Shown here in pieces: positions 36,748 to 53,178 of a DNA stretch of 64,000 nt. Both the position numbers and the translations under genes were made by a program. Positions within the stretch are counted from its first letter, which is position 1, and each line of letters starts with the position of its first letter. The stretch lies in the NCBI GenBank assembly GCA_030770535.1, contig JASVEC010000002.1, forward strand, positions 124,001-188,000, read 5' to 3'. The stretch is from Batkoa obscura (Eukaryota). Below the pieces are notes generated by a model. It worked only from the letters and a program-made list of their open reading frames with translations, made no database searches and was not told the DNA's origin.

Positions 36748-38638
36748 TTAAACTTCTTCAAATGTAACTTTAAGCTCCTTAGGGTATGTGAGGCCGCCCG
36801 AGCTCAAGATGACTTTATCTCTATGGGGACTATTCTGTGGGAGACTAAACTTATACTTAATTAATAACATAGCCAACAAGATCTTCTGTTCCATTAAAGA
36901 AAACGAAAGTCCAATGCAACTTCTAGGGCCACCTCCAAAAGCAAACCAAGCTTTAGTTGCTGATTTGTCAAACTCATAACTAGGTTGATTATCAACCAAT
37001 GTCTCCTTAATAAATCTATCTGGATTAAACTCATTGGGTTCTTTCCAATAATTTGGGTCATGTAACATAGCATACAAGTTAATGGATACTACTTGATTAG
37101 GTTTTAAAATAAATCCAGACTCTAACTCAATTTCATTGTTAGTTACTCGAAACAGCTGTCCAACAGTAGGCTTCAATCGCATGGCTTCATAAATAATAGC
37201 TAATAGATAATGCATTTCTTTTTGTTCTTCTAAACTAGGTGGTCCAGTTCTTTTACCCATGACTCGAATCACTTCTTCTCTCGCTTTTTGTTGAATATCC
37301 TAATTAATTTAATAAATTATGAGTTTGATTGTTTTACTTTTCCTTACCTGATGTTTGCTAAGATAGTACATAATAAAAGCTAGCGTATTTGCCGTAGTAT
37401 CATGCCCAGCAACAAAAAAAATAACTGCATCATCCTAATAAAATAAAAATCACCATTATTTCATTGATCATTTTAAAAGAAACTTACGATCATTTCCTCT
37501 TTTGATAATAAAGGTTTCCCATCTTCAGTGATATCTCTATTCGCTTTTATCATTAAAGTAAGTAAATCTGCCTTTTCATCATGAATAGCTTCTCCTTTTT
37601 CAATCTTTTCCTTCTTTTGATCTAATACTTGGCTAATAAGCTTACGAAATTCTATTGCTTTTTTAAGGGCTTCGGTACGTAAGCTGAATATTGGATGTTC
37701 TAAAATAGGGAAAAACACATAGATAGTTTTTCTTAACTCTTGTGCCACAGAAGTATAAAGTGTAACGTATTTTCCATTGGGTTCAGTGATTGCCTAGCCA
37801 TATAGTTAGTGTTAAATAAGAGAATCAAATAAGGGCTATTAAATTACCTTGAAATCAAAATCAAAAATTGATTTGCCTAAAGCATCTAAAGTCATTCTAA
37901 AAAATGTGTTACTACTAATCCTATTATTACACAAGTAAAAACTTACCTTTTTAGCAAAGGTAGGATATCAACATCTCCTTTTTCAAGTTGAATTTGATCG
38001 ATAAATCCTTTCGCACAATCTCCAATAATATCCGATGACCAAGAACGATGGAAAGCAGGGTTTACTATCTTACGATGACGCTTCCATTCCTAGATAGTTA
38101 GAAATAAGTTGACTTTAAATTATAAAATATTATTTTTATAACTACCTCTCCAGAAGTAAACACAATGTTATTACCAAATAGTTGCTTACCAAAGGAATAT
38201 GTTACATTAGAGCGCACAGTTTCTTTTTCGTAGTGTTCTAAAGGTGGTTATGATTAAGTTTAATTAGAATCAATTATCCATTTAACCCTTCATAATCTCT
38301 TATTTACCTGTCTGTGTAAAGATTTTTTTAGATAACTCTAAATCACTAACTGATACAATCCATCGATTGATCCAAAACTATTAAATATTGTTAATAAATT
38401 AGCAATCGATTCCAACAACTATATTCACTTAATAAACTCTTACTCTAATGACTTTGAATTTATACAACATAGGCATAATTAACAGTTCATTACGATCATC
38501 ACTGGACATACCTTTTATAAAGGAGATTAAGTATTTGTATACCGATACAGAAGGTAAATGGGCTATATTAGAAGATGGAATTAATTTCCATGCGAAGAAA
38601 GAGAGCGGGAGAAGTAATACTAATAAAAAAGTATACAT
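36748..38638 (-). CDS. Cytochrome P450, tandem copy 1, about 8 exons
   Basis: N-terminal membrane anchor, WKRHRK C-helix, FFVAGHDTTA I-helix, EAMR, FNPDRF, FGGGPRSCIG heme motif. Confidence 0.93.
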
Positions 38639-39159
38639 CTTTATAAGAAATTTAATTTATAACAGTTAAACTCAACTCTTATATACTTTTTTGAATAATG
38701 GTGTGGTAATTTACTGAAGTTTATATAATGAGGTTCTTGATAGGTATTTTTAAACGGGTGTGTTGGATAAGTATAAAATTTTATAGGTTAAGGATTTTTA
38801 TTTTAATAAAATAATAAACAATTGATAGAATGGGAACAGATTTATTATATATAAAAGTAAACTAGCAAAGATAATGTGTGATATATAGCATATAAGTATA
38901 TCATATAAGCTATGTAAAAATTAATGTGATTCAATATCAAATTTTGAAACCGTAGTTATTTTTAAAACCCAATTGAATGATTCGATCATCAAGATGATAA
39001 ATTTGGCTAAAGCTTATTCAATTCAATTACATCAGCTCTCAATTTTGTCAATATATACAAATTTTGAACTAAAACATAAAACTTGCTGTCAAAAATTAAA
39101 AACTTTCATATAGATCATAAGATAATATTCTCCAACTAAACATCTGCAGTTTTATTACT

Positions 39160-40993
39160 TTATAACTCTTCAAATTGTAATTTAAGGTCTTTAGGATGAG
39201 TTAACCCAGCACTATTAACAAGGATATCATTTTCATAGGGGCTATCTTTAGGAAGATAAAACTTAAACTTGGTTAGCAACATTGATAACAGAATCTTTTG
39301 TTCCATCAAAGAAAATGCAAGCCCAATACAACTTCTAGGGCCACCTCCAAAAGCAAACCAAGCTTTAGTTGCTGATTTGTCAAACTCATAACTAGGTTGA
39401 TTATCAACCAATGTCTCCTTAATAAATCTATCTGGATTAAACTCATTGGGTTCTTTCCAATAATTTGGGTCATGTAACATAGCATACAAGTTAATGGATA
39501 CTAATTGTCCAGGCTTCATAATAATTCCTTGATCAATTTCCACTTCAGTATTTACTTTACGGAATAATTGACCAACAGTTGGTTTGATTCTCATGGCCTC
39601 GTATATAATAGCTAATAGATAATGCATTTCTTTTTGTTCTTCTAAACTAGGTGGTCCAGTTCTTTTACCCATGACTCGAATCACTTCTTCTCTCGCTTTT
39701 TGTTGAATGTCCTGAATGAATATTTTAATAAATTTGTTATAACTAATTTAGTTTATCTTTTACCTGATGCTTACTAAGATAATACAAAATAAAAGCTAGA
39801 GTATTTGCAGTGGTATCATGTCCAGCAACGAAAAATACAACCGTATCATTCTAGGTTCATTTAATAATTAAACTATTATTATCAATATCGGTTTACTATT
39901 ATTTCCTCATTAGATAGCAATGGTTCCCCATCTTCCATGATGAACATATTTGCCTTTACCATAAGGGTAAGCAAATCTGCTTTAGATTCATCTACTTCTC
40001 CACCACTTTGAAGCTCTTTTTTTTTTTGTTCCAATACTTCACTAATAAGCGCTCGAAATTCAGTTACCCTAGCATGTGCATTGGCCCTTATGTTAAGGAT
40101 AGGGCTTTCCAAAAAAGGTAAAAAAGCATACACAATTTTACGAAACTCTTGCATCAATGATGTGTAAATTTTAACGTACTTGCCTTCAGGTTGTTCAACG
40201 GCCTAATATTAGACTTAGATTTGAACGATTAATGATAAATATATTCTACCTTAAAATCAAAATTAAAGATAGCTTTACCCAATGCATCGAGGGTCATCCT
40301 TAACAATTTAATTTAATGTTACAAAACCATCAATTTCTTTACCTTTTAAGAAAGGGTAATATTTCAATAGGTTCTTTTTCCAACTGAATTTTATCAAGTA
40401 AAACTTCACAACAATTTCCGACCAATTCAGTAGACCAAGAACGATGGAAGGCAGGGTTAGCCGCTTTACGATGACGCTTCCATTCCTAAAATGATAAAAA
40501 AATCAGCCGCTTGCTATAGTTTCTAGTTTTATGACTCACCTCACCAGAAGTAAATACAATATTGCTGCCAAATAATCTAGCGCCTACCGTATGCTCAGCA
40601 CCAGCACGTAAGGTATCTTTTTCGTAAATATCTAATTAAATGAACTACTGTGAATTTAAATCTATGATTTTAAATTTACTTGTTTTATTAAAGATTTCTT
40701 TAGCTCTTATAGTGTCTGAGATTACTACTATCCATCGATTTAACCAGAGCTGCAAAGAGTAATGTTAGTATACTTGATTATTTTCATTGCTATCAAAATA
40801 CCTTAGTAATTCCGTGCTTATACAAAATAGGTAGAACTAATCTCTCAGATCTTTTGTCACTGGGCTCTTGGTTTATAAAAGAAAGCAAGAAAGGAATCAA
40901 AGGTACAGAGGGTATCTTATATAAATTAGAAGGTGGAAGGAGTTTCCAGCCAAGAGCAACTACGATTGATATGAGGAATAAAATATAAATCAT
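39160..40993 (-). CDS. Cytochrome P450, tandem copy 2, about 8 exons
   Basis: Same motifs and intron layout as copy 1. Confidence 0.93.
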
Positions 40994-41497
40994 TTTTAAC
41001 TAAAAATGAGATTATATCCTTTGATGAGTATTTATAGTTGTTGATTAAGTAAGGATGAGATAATGAAGCATGGTAAATAAATCAGGATCTAGCTTTTTAT
41101 AAGAGTATAACTCATGCTGTTTAGGTTGAATAGCAAGTTTCACATTTATTTTGGACTTAGATTGTACACTCTTTATCCGAAACAAATTTTATTATAAAAC
41201 CTGAAGCATTTTTTCCCTTCAATTATCTAAAATTAAATCTGTGATCAAAAACAAAACGAATCTCATTTTAAAATTGCTTGTCAGGTGCTATTGATTAAAA
41301 TTTAATATGGTCTTTTTCTTTTAGTCTAAAATTTCCTTAAACGTAGCTATAACAAATAATATTAAAATCGTGTAGCTTACATTTAATTTCAAATTTTAGT
41401 TTAAAAATAAATAGATATATCTAGCTTTAATTAATACCACAGGTATATAATTAAATACTGACAACATAAAATCCCGTCCGTCTTACAAAATAAATAT

Positions 41498-41592
41498 GAT
41501 AATGTTTTTTAGTTTCATCACTTTTTCCATTTTTTGAGTATTATTTGAGCGGAAATTTTATCAGCAAAATTCTTAAACAAAAAAACAGCCCC
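41498..41592 (+). mobile_element. MITE, decayed left end
   Basis: Consensus match ending ACAGCCCC, TSD ATAT/ATAT. Confidence 0.85.
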
Positions 41593-42053
41593 ATATTTTA
41601 GTGCTATAATCTTTGATTTAATTTGTATTTTATATTATTTTAAACTAAAATTAGACCATAAAGAACATACAGTATTTATATGATAAATTAAAGCTACCTT
41701 TAAAACCTTCAACTTTAGTTACTATTTCAATTAAGTTTGTTTGAAATATTTATCTAGTTTAATAGAGCAGCTATCTTGCCTAATAATGGCTCTAAATTCA
41801 AGTTTATCCTCTAACATTAAAAAAGATCTATGCTATGACCTTAAATAATACTATTAGATATTTTTACTTCATAAAATTTAAATAATTCTAATGAGCTAAT
41901 TTGATAGCCATCATTAAAAACTTTTTTCAAATACCACTTTATTGTATATTCTTTTTACTTTGAATAAGAAATTTAGGACTGGTTGCATTTAAATACAAGT
42001 TTATGATTACATTAGTAACTACTTTACACAAAAATTAACCTAAAAGGTATTCA

Positions 42054-42124
42054 TGTCATTGGGGGGAATCGAACCCCCGCTATCGCGGCCACAACGCGGT
42101 GTACTACCACTATACTACAATGAC
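42054..42124 (-). tRNA. tRNA-His (GTG)
   Basis: Acceptor GTCATTG/CAATGAC, anticodon loop TT-GTG-GC, T-arm GGGGG-TTCGATT-CCCCC. Confidence 0.93.
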
Positions 42125-42240
42125 TTGGATGTTGGTTTTATTAAATTAAGTAAAGTATATATACGCCTTTTTGTTCAAATTTTTGGTTAATCTTCAAGAT
42201 GGGGCTCAAAGAGGAAAAATACTGAGGCCAAAAATGTCTT

Positions 42241-42312
42241 CTTCCTCACGGGGAATCGAACCCCGGCCGTTCCGGTGAAAGCGGAAAATCCTAACCACTG
42301 GACCATGAAGAA
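42241..42312 (-). tRNA. tRNA-Glu (TTC)
   Basis: Acceptor TTCTTCA/TGAGGAA, anticodon arm TTCCG-CTTTCAC-CGGAA, T-loop TTCGATT. Confidence 0.95.
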
Positions 42313-42376
42313 AGCTACTTGATTAATTTAAATAATAATAGTTATTTATTATGTTCTATACAACCAAAATAAACAT

Positions 42377-42472
42377 GGGAATGTTTTTTTGACTTTTACT
42401 TTTTCCGTCTTTTAAAGGCTATTTGAGTGGAGAAATTGTTAGTAAAATTCTTAAATATAAAAACACATCCCC
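42377..42472 (+). mobile_element. MITE
   Basis: Consensus match, flanks ACAT/ATAT. Confidence 0.9.
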
Positions 42473-42673
42473 ATATGTTTATTTACAATTAAAATCCAAT
42501 ACCTTGTTATTTTAAAAATGAAGGCTAATAGTGATTTAATTTTTTTATTTTGATTAAAACATATTTTAAATAATAGCTTTTTAGTACATCTTCAAATATT
42601 TAAATTTAATATTATTTTTATTTAACTATTAATAGTTGCTATAAATAAAAAATATTAGTAATTTTAACAATTT

Positions 42674-42765
42674 GGGGATGTTTTTGGTTTCATTACTTTT
42701 CCACTTTTAAGCGCCATTTGAGTGGAAAGATTGTTAGTAAAATTCAAACAAAAAAACACATCCCC
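42674..42765 (+). mobile_element. MITE
   Basis: GGGGATGT..ACATCCCC, flanks ATTT/ATAT. Confidence 0.9.
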
Positions 42766-43951
42766 ATATATTTATTCCTTAAAAATCAGTTAATGGTATG
42801 AGTTATGTATTTATGACTATTCTGATGTTATTCATAGGCTCGATCATGAAAACCAGGCCTTAAGCATTAAAAGTGTAAAAAAAATACCAGACGATTGTCC
42901 ATTGAGAATGATAACTTTCATTACTTTACATGAATACGAAACTAAAAACAAAAACAGCTTTGAAAATGAAAGTTGCTTCTTATATTCTATTGGGGTAATC
43001 ATGATAATAAAAGATATCTACTAACAAATGAATTTTGTATTATGAGAAACATGACTTCAATTAAGTTTTATAGGGTATTAAAAAATATCTTTAGTTGAAT
43101 TATCTTAAGAAATTAAATATCATTGATAGATCAATTATTAATAAAAAAGAGTATAGTGTTAATCTTAGCTTAGTTCCTTTAGGTTTTGGTCGTTTTCATA
43201 GTAATCTAGTTGTTGAAGATAAGAAGTTTATAATTTAAGGAGTTTAATCATGACTTAAATTAAGTTTAAATAATATTAGTTCTTGTTATCCTGGTAATTG
43301 GATACTTTAGTACAATTGATTACACTAGAAATTAAGAAAAACTAATCAGTTATTTTAGAAAATAAATCAGTTATTTAATAAGGTGATTATTTGATTGTAG
43401 TATATCATAATATTTAAGAGAATTCTAATAATTGTTTTAAAGTTATTAGTAACAAGAGTTCATTCATAAAATATTGAAGTTATTGACTTAATTGATGATA
43501 TGTATATTAATGAAAATTAGATATTTAATATAACAGTTTTAATTATTTTTGTTTTAAGTCAAGATTCCATATTGATATCTATAAATCAAATCTTCCTTTC
43601 AAATATACAATCAAAAAGAAATAACATTTTGAGATTTTTTTTGATAATTTTTCAATTTTTAACTCGATAAAAGTAGACAAACTACTAAAACAAAAAGATA
43701 CCCCTTTTTCTTTATTAGTTTTCACCTTTTTCTAATTTTATTTACAAGTAAATGAAAATTTCAGCAATTAGTTGTTCTTTAACTATTGGTTGACATTCAT
43801 ATTTTAAAAGCCAAGTAAGCAAAAATCATTGGCCTTTATTTCTACCAATCAGATTTCAACTACCAACAATGATAACAAAATTAAGAAATCAAACTATCAA
43901 TTCTAAATTTAATAAACAAAAAAATAAACAATTTTTTTAAAATTTAAATAA

Positions 43952-46518
<2,567 letters not shown>

Positions 46519-46690
46519 ATTATCATTTTTTTATATTAATAAAATATGAATTCTTTTTTATTTCATAGTTTTTTTAAAGTAATTTGATTGTTTATATTAT
46601 AGCCAATTAAATTCAAGGTACAACTGAATAGAAATTTGTTTAATTTCTAAATGATTTTTAAAAAATTGTTTTTTTGTATTAATTTTAAAA

Positions 46691-47284
46691 ATGAGTGAAG
46701 TAAATCCCAATCAACGTAATAAAGAAAATGAAAAGAAAGAATTTGTAGTAGAAGAACCATTGGATTTAGTCAAATTGTCTTTAGATGAGCGTATTTATAT
46801 TAAGATGCGTGGGGATAGAGAATTGAAAGGAAGATTACATGTAAGTTTAGAAGATTTAAACTTTTTATTTTTTGGATTAAAAGAGACAAAGAAGAATTGA
46901 GACTTTTGTTATTGAGACTTTTTATCAAGATAAAAGATGCACAACGGAAATGATATTTATATTAGATATTAATACTTAACTTTTTTAGGCTTATGATCAA
47001 CATATGAATATGGTAATTGGAGATGTTGAAGAAACTATAACAGTAGTTGAATTTAATAAAATTACAGAAGCAGAAAGTGTTAGGGTAAGTTTTTTTTTAC
47101 GAAAAAGCATAAAGAATAAGACGAGAATTAATTTTCTAATTCTTTTACATAGAACATTCATAGAAAATTTGAACTATTATTTGTTCGTGGAGATGGGGTT
47201 ATTTTGGTAAGCTTTAAGTTCGATTGTCTCTTTGGTTTAACTTATCAGTGTATTTAGGTTTCTCCTCCTTCAAGGGTTAATTAA
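46691..47284 (+). CDS. LSM3: U6 snRNA-associated Sm-like protein LSm3, 4 exons
   Basis: [29 protein letters not shown] / [18 protein letters not shown] / [11 protein letters not shown] / VSPP. Confidence 0.95.
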
Positions 47285-47782
47285 AAGCTTATTTGATTAT
47301 GTAGATATCAATTTGTTTCTTTTTCATTTGAGTCGATTTTTGTTTATTTTTATAAAATTACACATAATGAATTAACAATTTAGAACAAATGTAACTAATA
47401 TGTATTAACTTCATAAGAGCTCATCTATTTGAAGTCAAAAATTTAAAATAAGCTACTTTATTAAGGTAAAAGAAAGAAAATTTAATGTAAGATTGATATT
47501 GAATTAAATTGTATTCCATTTGAATTAAAAGAAATAAAACCATTAATTTATATCTAACTTAATTTCTCAATAATAATAAATTATTTATTGAAATGTTACT
47601 AAGGCTCTGTTTTATTTGTGACACTCTAGTACTTTAATTCTATAACACATTTAACCATAAGTTACTAAATTTTAATAAAAGCAAGTATGTTTTATCATTT
47701 GAAGTTGATAATAGATATTGGTAAAAGGTAATTAAAATACAATACTATAAAAATAAGATTGAACAAAAAATTATATACTATA

Positions 47783-47854
47783 CTCCCCATCAGGGAATCG
47801 AACCCTGGCCATCACGGTGAGAGCGTGAGATCCTAACCACTGGACCAATGAGGA
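47783..47854 (-). tRNA. tRNA-Glu (CTC)
   Basis: Acceptor TCCTCAT/ATGGGGA, anticodon arm TCACG-CTCTCAC-CGTGA, T-loop TTCGATT. Confidence 0.95.
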
Positions 47855-48164
47855 GGTTTTTCTATTTTGATAAAAAATTAATTTTTAAATTAATTTTTTA
47901 AGTAATTTTTAACTACCTTTGAAGTATAAAAATTCACTTGTATTACTAATTTTTAATTTTTTGAAAGGAATAACAGATTAGCAAGATTTGGCTTAAGTGG
48001 AGCTATTGGATATTTATTAGCTAAGAAATCAAAATAGATATTTATGACTCAAATACGTTTATATTTATAACTTTTATTTGTATTTCTTATAGTTATACTT
48101 TTGTTATTTCTCATAGTTCTTTTGACAATTTTCAAAGCTTGAATCTGCAATTTAAAAATAACTT

Positions 48165-48263
48165 TGAGATGTCTTTTTTTATTCAAAAAACTTACTAATA
48201 GTTTTTTTTACTCAAATAGCACTTAGAAAATGAAAAAAGTGATAAAACTAAAAAAACATACCC
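48165..48263 (-). mobile_element. MITE, decayed, upstream of the Zn2Cys6 gene
   Basis: Reverse match CTCAAATAGCACTTAGAAAATGAAAAAAGTGATAAAAC. Confidence 0.8.
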
Positions 48264-48495
48264 ATTTTATTATTATTTTAATCCACTGTTCATTTAAAGC
48301 CAAGTTTGTAGTTACTAAATTAATATTAATTCCTTTCATAATCCGATCCTTATCATCTGATTGGGTATTCTAACCCTCAAAAGAACCAAGTTGCATAATA
48401 TATTTATATTTAACATTTAGTTATTAAAAGTATAATTTAATTTTTTTTACTTTTTTCTAATTTTAACTATTTTTTAATCAATTGTTATTTTCATT

Positions 48496-50244
48496 ATGAT
48501 ATCTAAAAATCCGAGTTATCAACCATCAATTAATAAATTTTCTATTGATAGTAAATTATCTCATATCCCTTGTTTCAATTGTCGACGAGCTAAAAGGAAA
48601 TGTAGCCGGAGTCTACCCAATTGTGGTAGATGTTTATTAAAAGGGTTAAGTTGTTGCTATCAAGATGATAAACTGAAGAAAGAAGGTGATGTAAGCAGTG
48701 GAGAATTGTTAAGTTTTAAACAGTATCAAAATAGAGAAGGCGTGAAGGATATAGAGAGAAGGAAGAGTGAAGATAGATATAAGAGTTATCAGTTTAAAGT
48801 TGAACAAGTAACATTAAGTTCAAAGAATAATATGGAAAGTTGGAAACCAGTCAATTTACTCAAAAAGATACTATGTAAGTCGAAAATTGATAGGAATGAA
48901 CGATTATTTATTAAAAGGGATGGAGATATTGAATATTATGGTTCAAATATTTTTGGAAATATTATTACTATATTTCATACATTAAAAAAAGGAGATAGTA
49001 AAGTATTAAATAAAATTAATTTAATTAGTAGTAGAACCAATTTAATTCAACCATATAGACAATTAATTATGGATCGAGAGTATCTCATTAATGAAGCTAT
49101 TGAAGCTTATTTTGAACATTATAATCCTTATTTAAATTATATGGATGAAACTATATTTAATAAAGATGCTAACTCTTTATTGAAAAATGTTGTAACTATT
49201 ATTGGATTAAGATATTTAAATCAGGGACAAATAGATCAAGATATTGCGAAATGGTTAGGTCAACAAATTCAACAAGAATTAAAAATTCAATTTTATAAAC
49301 CATCTTTATCTTTAGTAATTACATTAACACTAGTATCGCAATTTATTGGTATACCAGGACTATTCAAAGCAGCCTATCTATTTACTGGAGTAGCTAGTAG
49401 AATGGCCCAAAATTTAGGGTTACATCAATTGCCTAAAAATCATTCAAAGTTGTCAAAAGATTATTTAAGAATGCGATATTCAACTTGGCAAATGTGTTGG
49501 TTCAATGAAAAAATGCATGCTTTATTATTAAATCGACCGACTATTATTACAGATAATTTACCTTCTTTTTCATTTCAAGGACCAGATCCTTTACCTCTAC
49601 TCAGTTCTCCAGGTACTAAAACGGAGCACAAATTAGCAAGAAATGCTATATCATTAATTTATTATATCAATTTAATTAAATTAGGGACCTTAATTGGCTT
49701 ATACTTTGCATGTGTTAAAGTTCATTTCCCAGCTAATCCAGAAAAAGCCCCACATCTTTGTTTGATTATGTTAAAAAGAATGTCGGATTGGTATCGAGAT
49801 TTAGTTTATTCTATGAAAAATATATGGGATCAACAGCCGCTTTGGGTTTATGATTTATCTCAACATTTTTCAAGTTATAGTTTAATATTATATCATTGTA
49901 TAAGGTTACATTTGTTAAATTATTTTTTAAAATCAGAAGATATATTAAAAAAATATGATTTCATTAAAGAGATTATATATTCTTCGACAAGTATTATTCT
50001 AATTGCTGAGAAATTAAAAGAGGCATATTTTCAAAATGGGACTACTAATAGATTCTTTTGCTTATGTTGTGCTATATTAAGTTTGAATTACTTGTGTCAA
50101 AGTAAAGAGAAAGAGGTCGTAGAGCAATGTCAACCTCTTTTGATTAAAGCAATTAGGATTTTATATAATGCTAGGTTTAAGTTCCCTATTGTCGAAGATT
50201 TCTTTTATTTGATCCCAGAGATAGTAAATATGAAAGCTAACTAA
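48496..50244 (+). CDS. Zn(II)2Cys6 fungal transcription factor, 582 aa
   Basis: CFNCRRAKRKC..CGRC..CCY binuclear cluster; middle-homology-region-like YFEHYNP and ASRMAQNLGLH. Confidence 0.92.
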   Translation: MISKNPSYQPSINKFSIDSKLSHIPCFNCRRAKRKCSRSLPNCGRCLLKGLSCCYQDDKLKKEGDVSSGELLSFKQYQNREGVKDIERRKSEDRYKSYQFKVEQVTLSSKNNMESWKPVNLLKKILCKSKIDRNERLFIKRDGDIEYYGSNIFGNIITIFHTLKKGDSKVLNKINLISSRTNLIQPYRQLIMDREYLINEAIEAYFEHYNPYLNYMDETIFNKDANSLLKNVVTIIGLRYLNQGQIDQDIAKWLGQQIQQELKIQFYKPSLSLVITLTLVSQFIGIPGLFKAAYLFTGVASRMAQNLGLHQLPKNHSKLSKDYLRMRYSTWQMCWFNEKMHALLLNRPTIITDNLPSFSFQGPDPLPLLSSPGTKTEHKLARNAISLIYYINLIKLGTLIGLYFACVKVHFPANPEKAPHLCLIMLKRMSDWYRDLVYSMKNIWDQQPLWVYDLSQHFSSYSLILYHCIRLHLLNYFLKSEDILKKYDFIKEIIYSSTSIILIAEKLKEAYFQNGTTNRFFCLCCAILSLNYLCQSKEKEVVEQCQPLLIKAIRILYNARFKFPIVEDFFYLIPEIVNMKAN

Positions 50245-51178
50245 ATGTATTGGGATGAAGGGAAGAAGAGATTATTTATTAACATGTTTATTGAAAGTGA
50301 AGAGTAACAATCGTTGAAGTTATTACCAGTGTATTATACTCAACTAAATGATTCTTTTAATTTAGTAATAGTTACGTGATATTATATATATTTAGAATAA
50401 TAAATTATTATTTTCATTGAGATATTATTTATTTAATATAGATGAAAGTTATTTATTTAAAAGGATAGAAAGTTGTTTTTTTATAAAAGTTTATACTATA
50501 TCACATATCATATATTACATATTGATAATCTATGGTAAGACTATATAATAATATTAAATAGAGGTAGTTTTTTGTACAATTTGACATTATAACAAAAGTG
50601 GTAAAAATACTAAATTCTTCTTAAATTGTCTATAAATGGTTTAATTTCAAAATCTATGCTTTTATTCATTGTTTAATTCTTTGATTCATTGAATTAATCA
50701 ATCAGTTATCTATTGATAGTATTTTATCCGATCAGTTGACTTTTTATTACCGCCTTCTTTTTATAATTCACCTCTTTTTGCTATATCTTATTTATGCTAT
50801 TCTATTTAGATACAATAATATACTAGATACCTGTATTTTATATATCAAATAAAACACAGTGAATAAACACAAACAAGTATTCAACTTATAAATGAAATAT
50901 TCACAGCATTTTTTACAAATATAACCTTACATCAATTAACTCTAGATAGCCAATCAAAATCAAATTTTTAATAATCAAAAGAATATATTTTCCATTTAGA
51001 TGTCTCATGACAACGCCATTCACCTATCAACTGAATATTTTTATATGCACTTCAAGTCACATTTTATGCTTACAAGACAATAAAAAAGTAAAATAAAACC
51101 TCGTATTTTGAAAACTATATAAACGCTAATGAAAACCAGCATTTGATTTAATTTTGTTCAACTCCAAAAAAAATAAAA

Positions 51179-53178
51179 ATGTCCATTATCAAAGCCAAGG
51201 ATACAATTAGTATCCCAACTCATTTAAATTTAACAGATTTCATTTTCAATACTTCTAATGCTTATAATCCATGCTTTAAAAATTGGGATTTGAATGCGTT
51301 TATCGATAGTGAAAGCCAAGAAAGCATCTCCAATTTTGAAATGAGAAATTTGGTTCATGAATTAGCTTCTGGTTTAGTTCATCATTTTAAACTTCAAAGA
51401 GGGGATGTGTTACTTATCTTTGCTCCAAATCATATTCATTATGCTACTTTACTTTTAGCCGCAACGAGTATTGGTAAGTGGTGTTTTTTATTTTTATTTT
51501 TATTTAATTTTTATTTAATTCCCAGGTGTTATTGTTACCACTACCAACCCCAATTATACTGACAGTGAATTAGTCCATCAATTAGAACATTCTAATGCTA
51601 AACTTATTTTCACTGTGCCAGAACAAATGAGTATTGTAAGTAAAGCCCTAAGTAAACTAAAACATGAAATTCAAGTAGCTAGTATCGAAAAAGAAGGCTT
51701 CAAGACAAAACATACTGCCGTAATTGGCTTAAACCAATTAAAAGCCAAAAAGGAATACTCGAAATTAATATTTAAAGATCAAGAAGAAATTAAGTCCACT
51801 CCAGCTATGATTGTTTATTCTTCAGGAACTACTGGGCTACCTAAGGGTGTAGTTTTAACTCACTATAATTTGATTTCTAATGTATTACAAACGGAGTCTT
51901 TGTCCAGAGGTGCTCATGCTACTGGTAGAGTTACAATAGGTGTGTTACCTTATTATCATTGCTATGGTATTGTTACTTTATTGTTAGTTGGAGTACATAA
52001 TCATATGATTACGGTTAATGTTAAGAAATTTAATTTCGTTAAGGTAAGAGAGAATAATAAGATTTTATTTATTGTATTTAAGTTTTTTTAGCTATTAGAG
52101 TCTGTTCAAAAATTCAAAATTGAAACTATGTATTTAGCACCACCTATTATTTTGGGATTGGCTAAAGTAAGTTTTATTATTATTACTATTATTTTGTTAA
52201 TCTAATTGTTAATCTATTTTTTAGAGTCCAGAAGTCACTAAATATGACCTTAGTAGTTTGAAAGCAATTGTAAGTGGAGCAGCTCCACTATCAATTGATA
52301 CCGCTAAGTTGGCTAAAAAAAGATTAAATGTTCATATTGGCCAGGGTTATGGTGAGAATAACAATATGTTTTATATTGAGTAATTAATAATAATGTTCAA
52401 TTTCTAAAAGGTATGTCTGAATTAACTCCTGTGACCTCATTATTACCTCTATCTAGTGATAACATGAGTTCCGCTGGGTTATTATGTCCTAATATAGAAG
52501 CTAAAATTATCGATGCAGATAATGGTAATTTATTAAATGTGGGAGAAAGAGGTGAATTATGGGTTAAAGGTCCTAATGTTATGTTGGTAAGTCTACAATA
52601 ATTATCATAATAACTTATATAGAATTGATTCAAATTATTTATTTCATATTTTTTAGGGTTATTTAAATAATCCAAAAGCTACAAAACAAACGATTGCTGC
52701 AGATGGGTTTTTAAGAACTGGTGATGTAGGGCATTTTGATAAAGATGGCTATTTATATATCACCGATAGGATTAAGGAATTGATTAAAGTAAATTTTGTT
52801 TTATGCAGTCATATTATAATACTTATACTAACCCATCCTTCTTAGTACAAAGGCAATCAAGTAGCCCCAGCAGAATTAGAAGATATCCTACTATCTCATT
52901 CCAAGGTCCTTGACTGCTGTGTGATTGGTATCCCTAATGAAGAAGCTGGAGAATTACCCAAAGCATATATCGTATTGTCAGAAACCGATGCAAAAAAAAT
53001 TGAATTGGAAGTGAATGAAATTCGTAAATTTACTCATCAAAAATTAGCTCCTTACAAATATTTGCGTGGTGGTATTGAGGTTATTGGGGAAATTCCAAAG
53101 TCACCAGCGGGTAAGATTTTAAGGAGAGTATTGAGGGATATGCACTTGAAAAAGCATGGTAAGAATGGCAAGCTTTAA
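51179..53178 (+). CDS. 4-coumarate-CoA-ligase/luciferase-like acyl-CoA synthetase, 7 exons
   Basis: Exons 51179-51473, 51526-52043, 52092-52166, 52225-52351, 52411-52586, 52657-52788, 52846-53178; [44 protein letters not shown]-terminal GKL may be a PTS1 variant. Confidence 0.93.

Noticed and set aside
42241..42472. MITE 64 bp upstream of tRNA-Glu, suggesting Pol III targeting
   Set aside because: MITE density is about one per 3 kb and most copies are far from tRNAs.
51179..53178. Firefly-type luciferase
   Set aside because: The motifs are shared by all 4CL-like acyl-CoA ligases; nothing supports luminescence.
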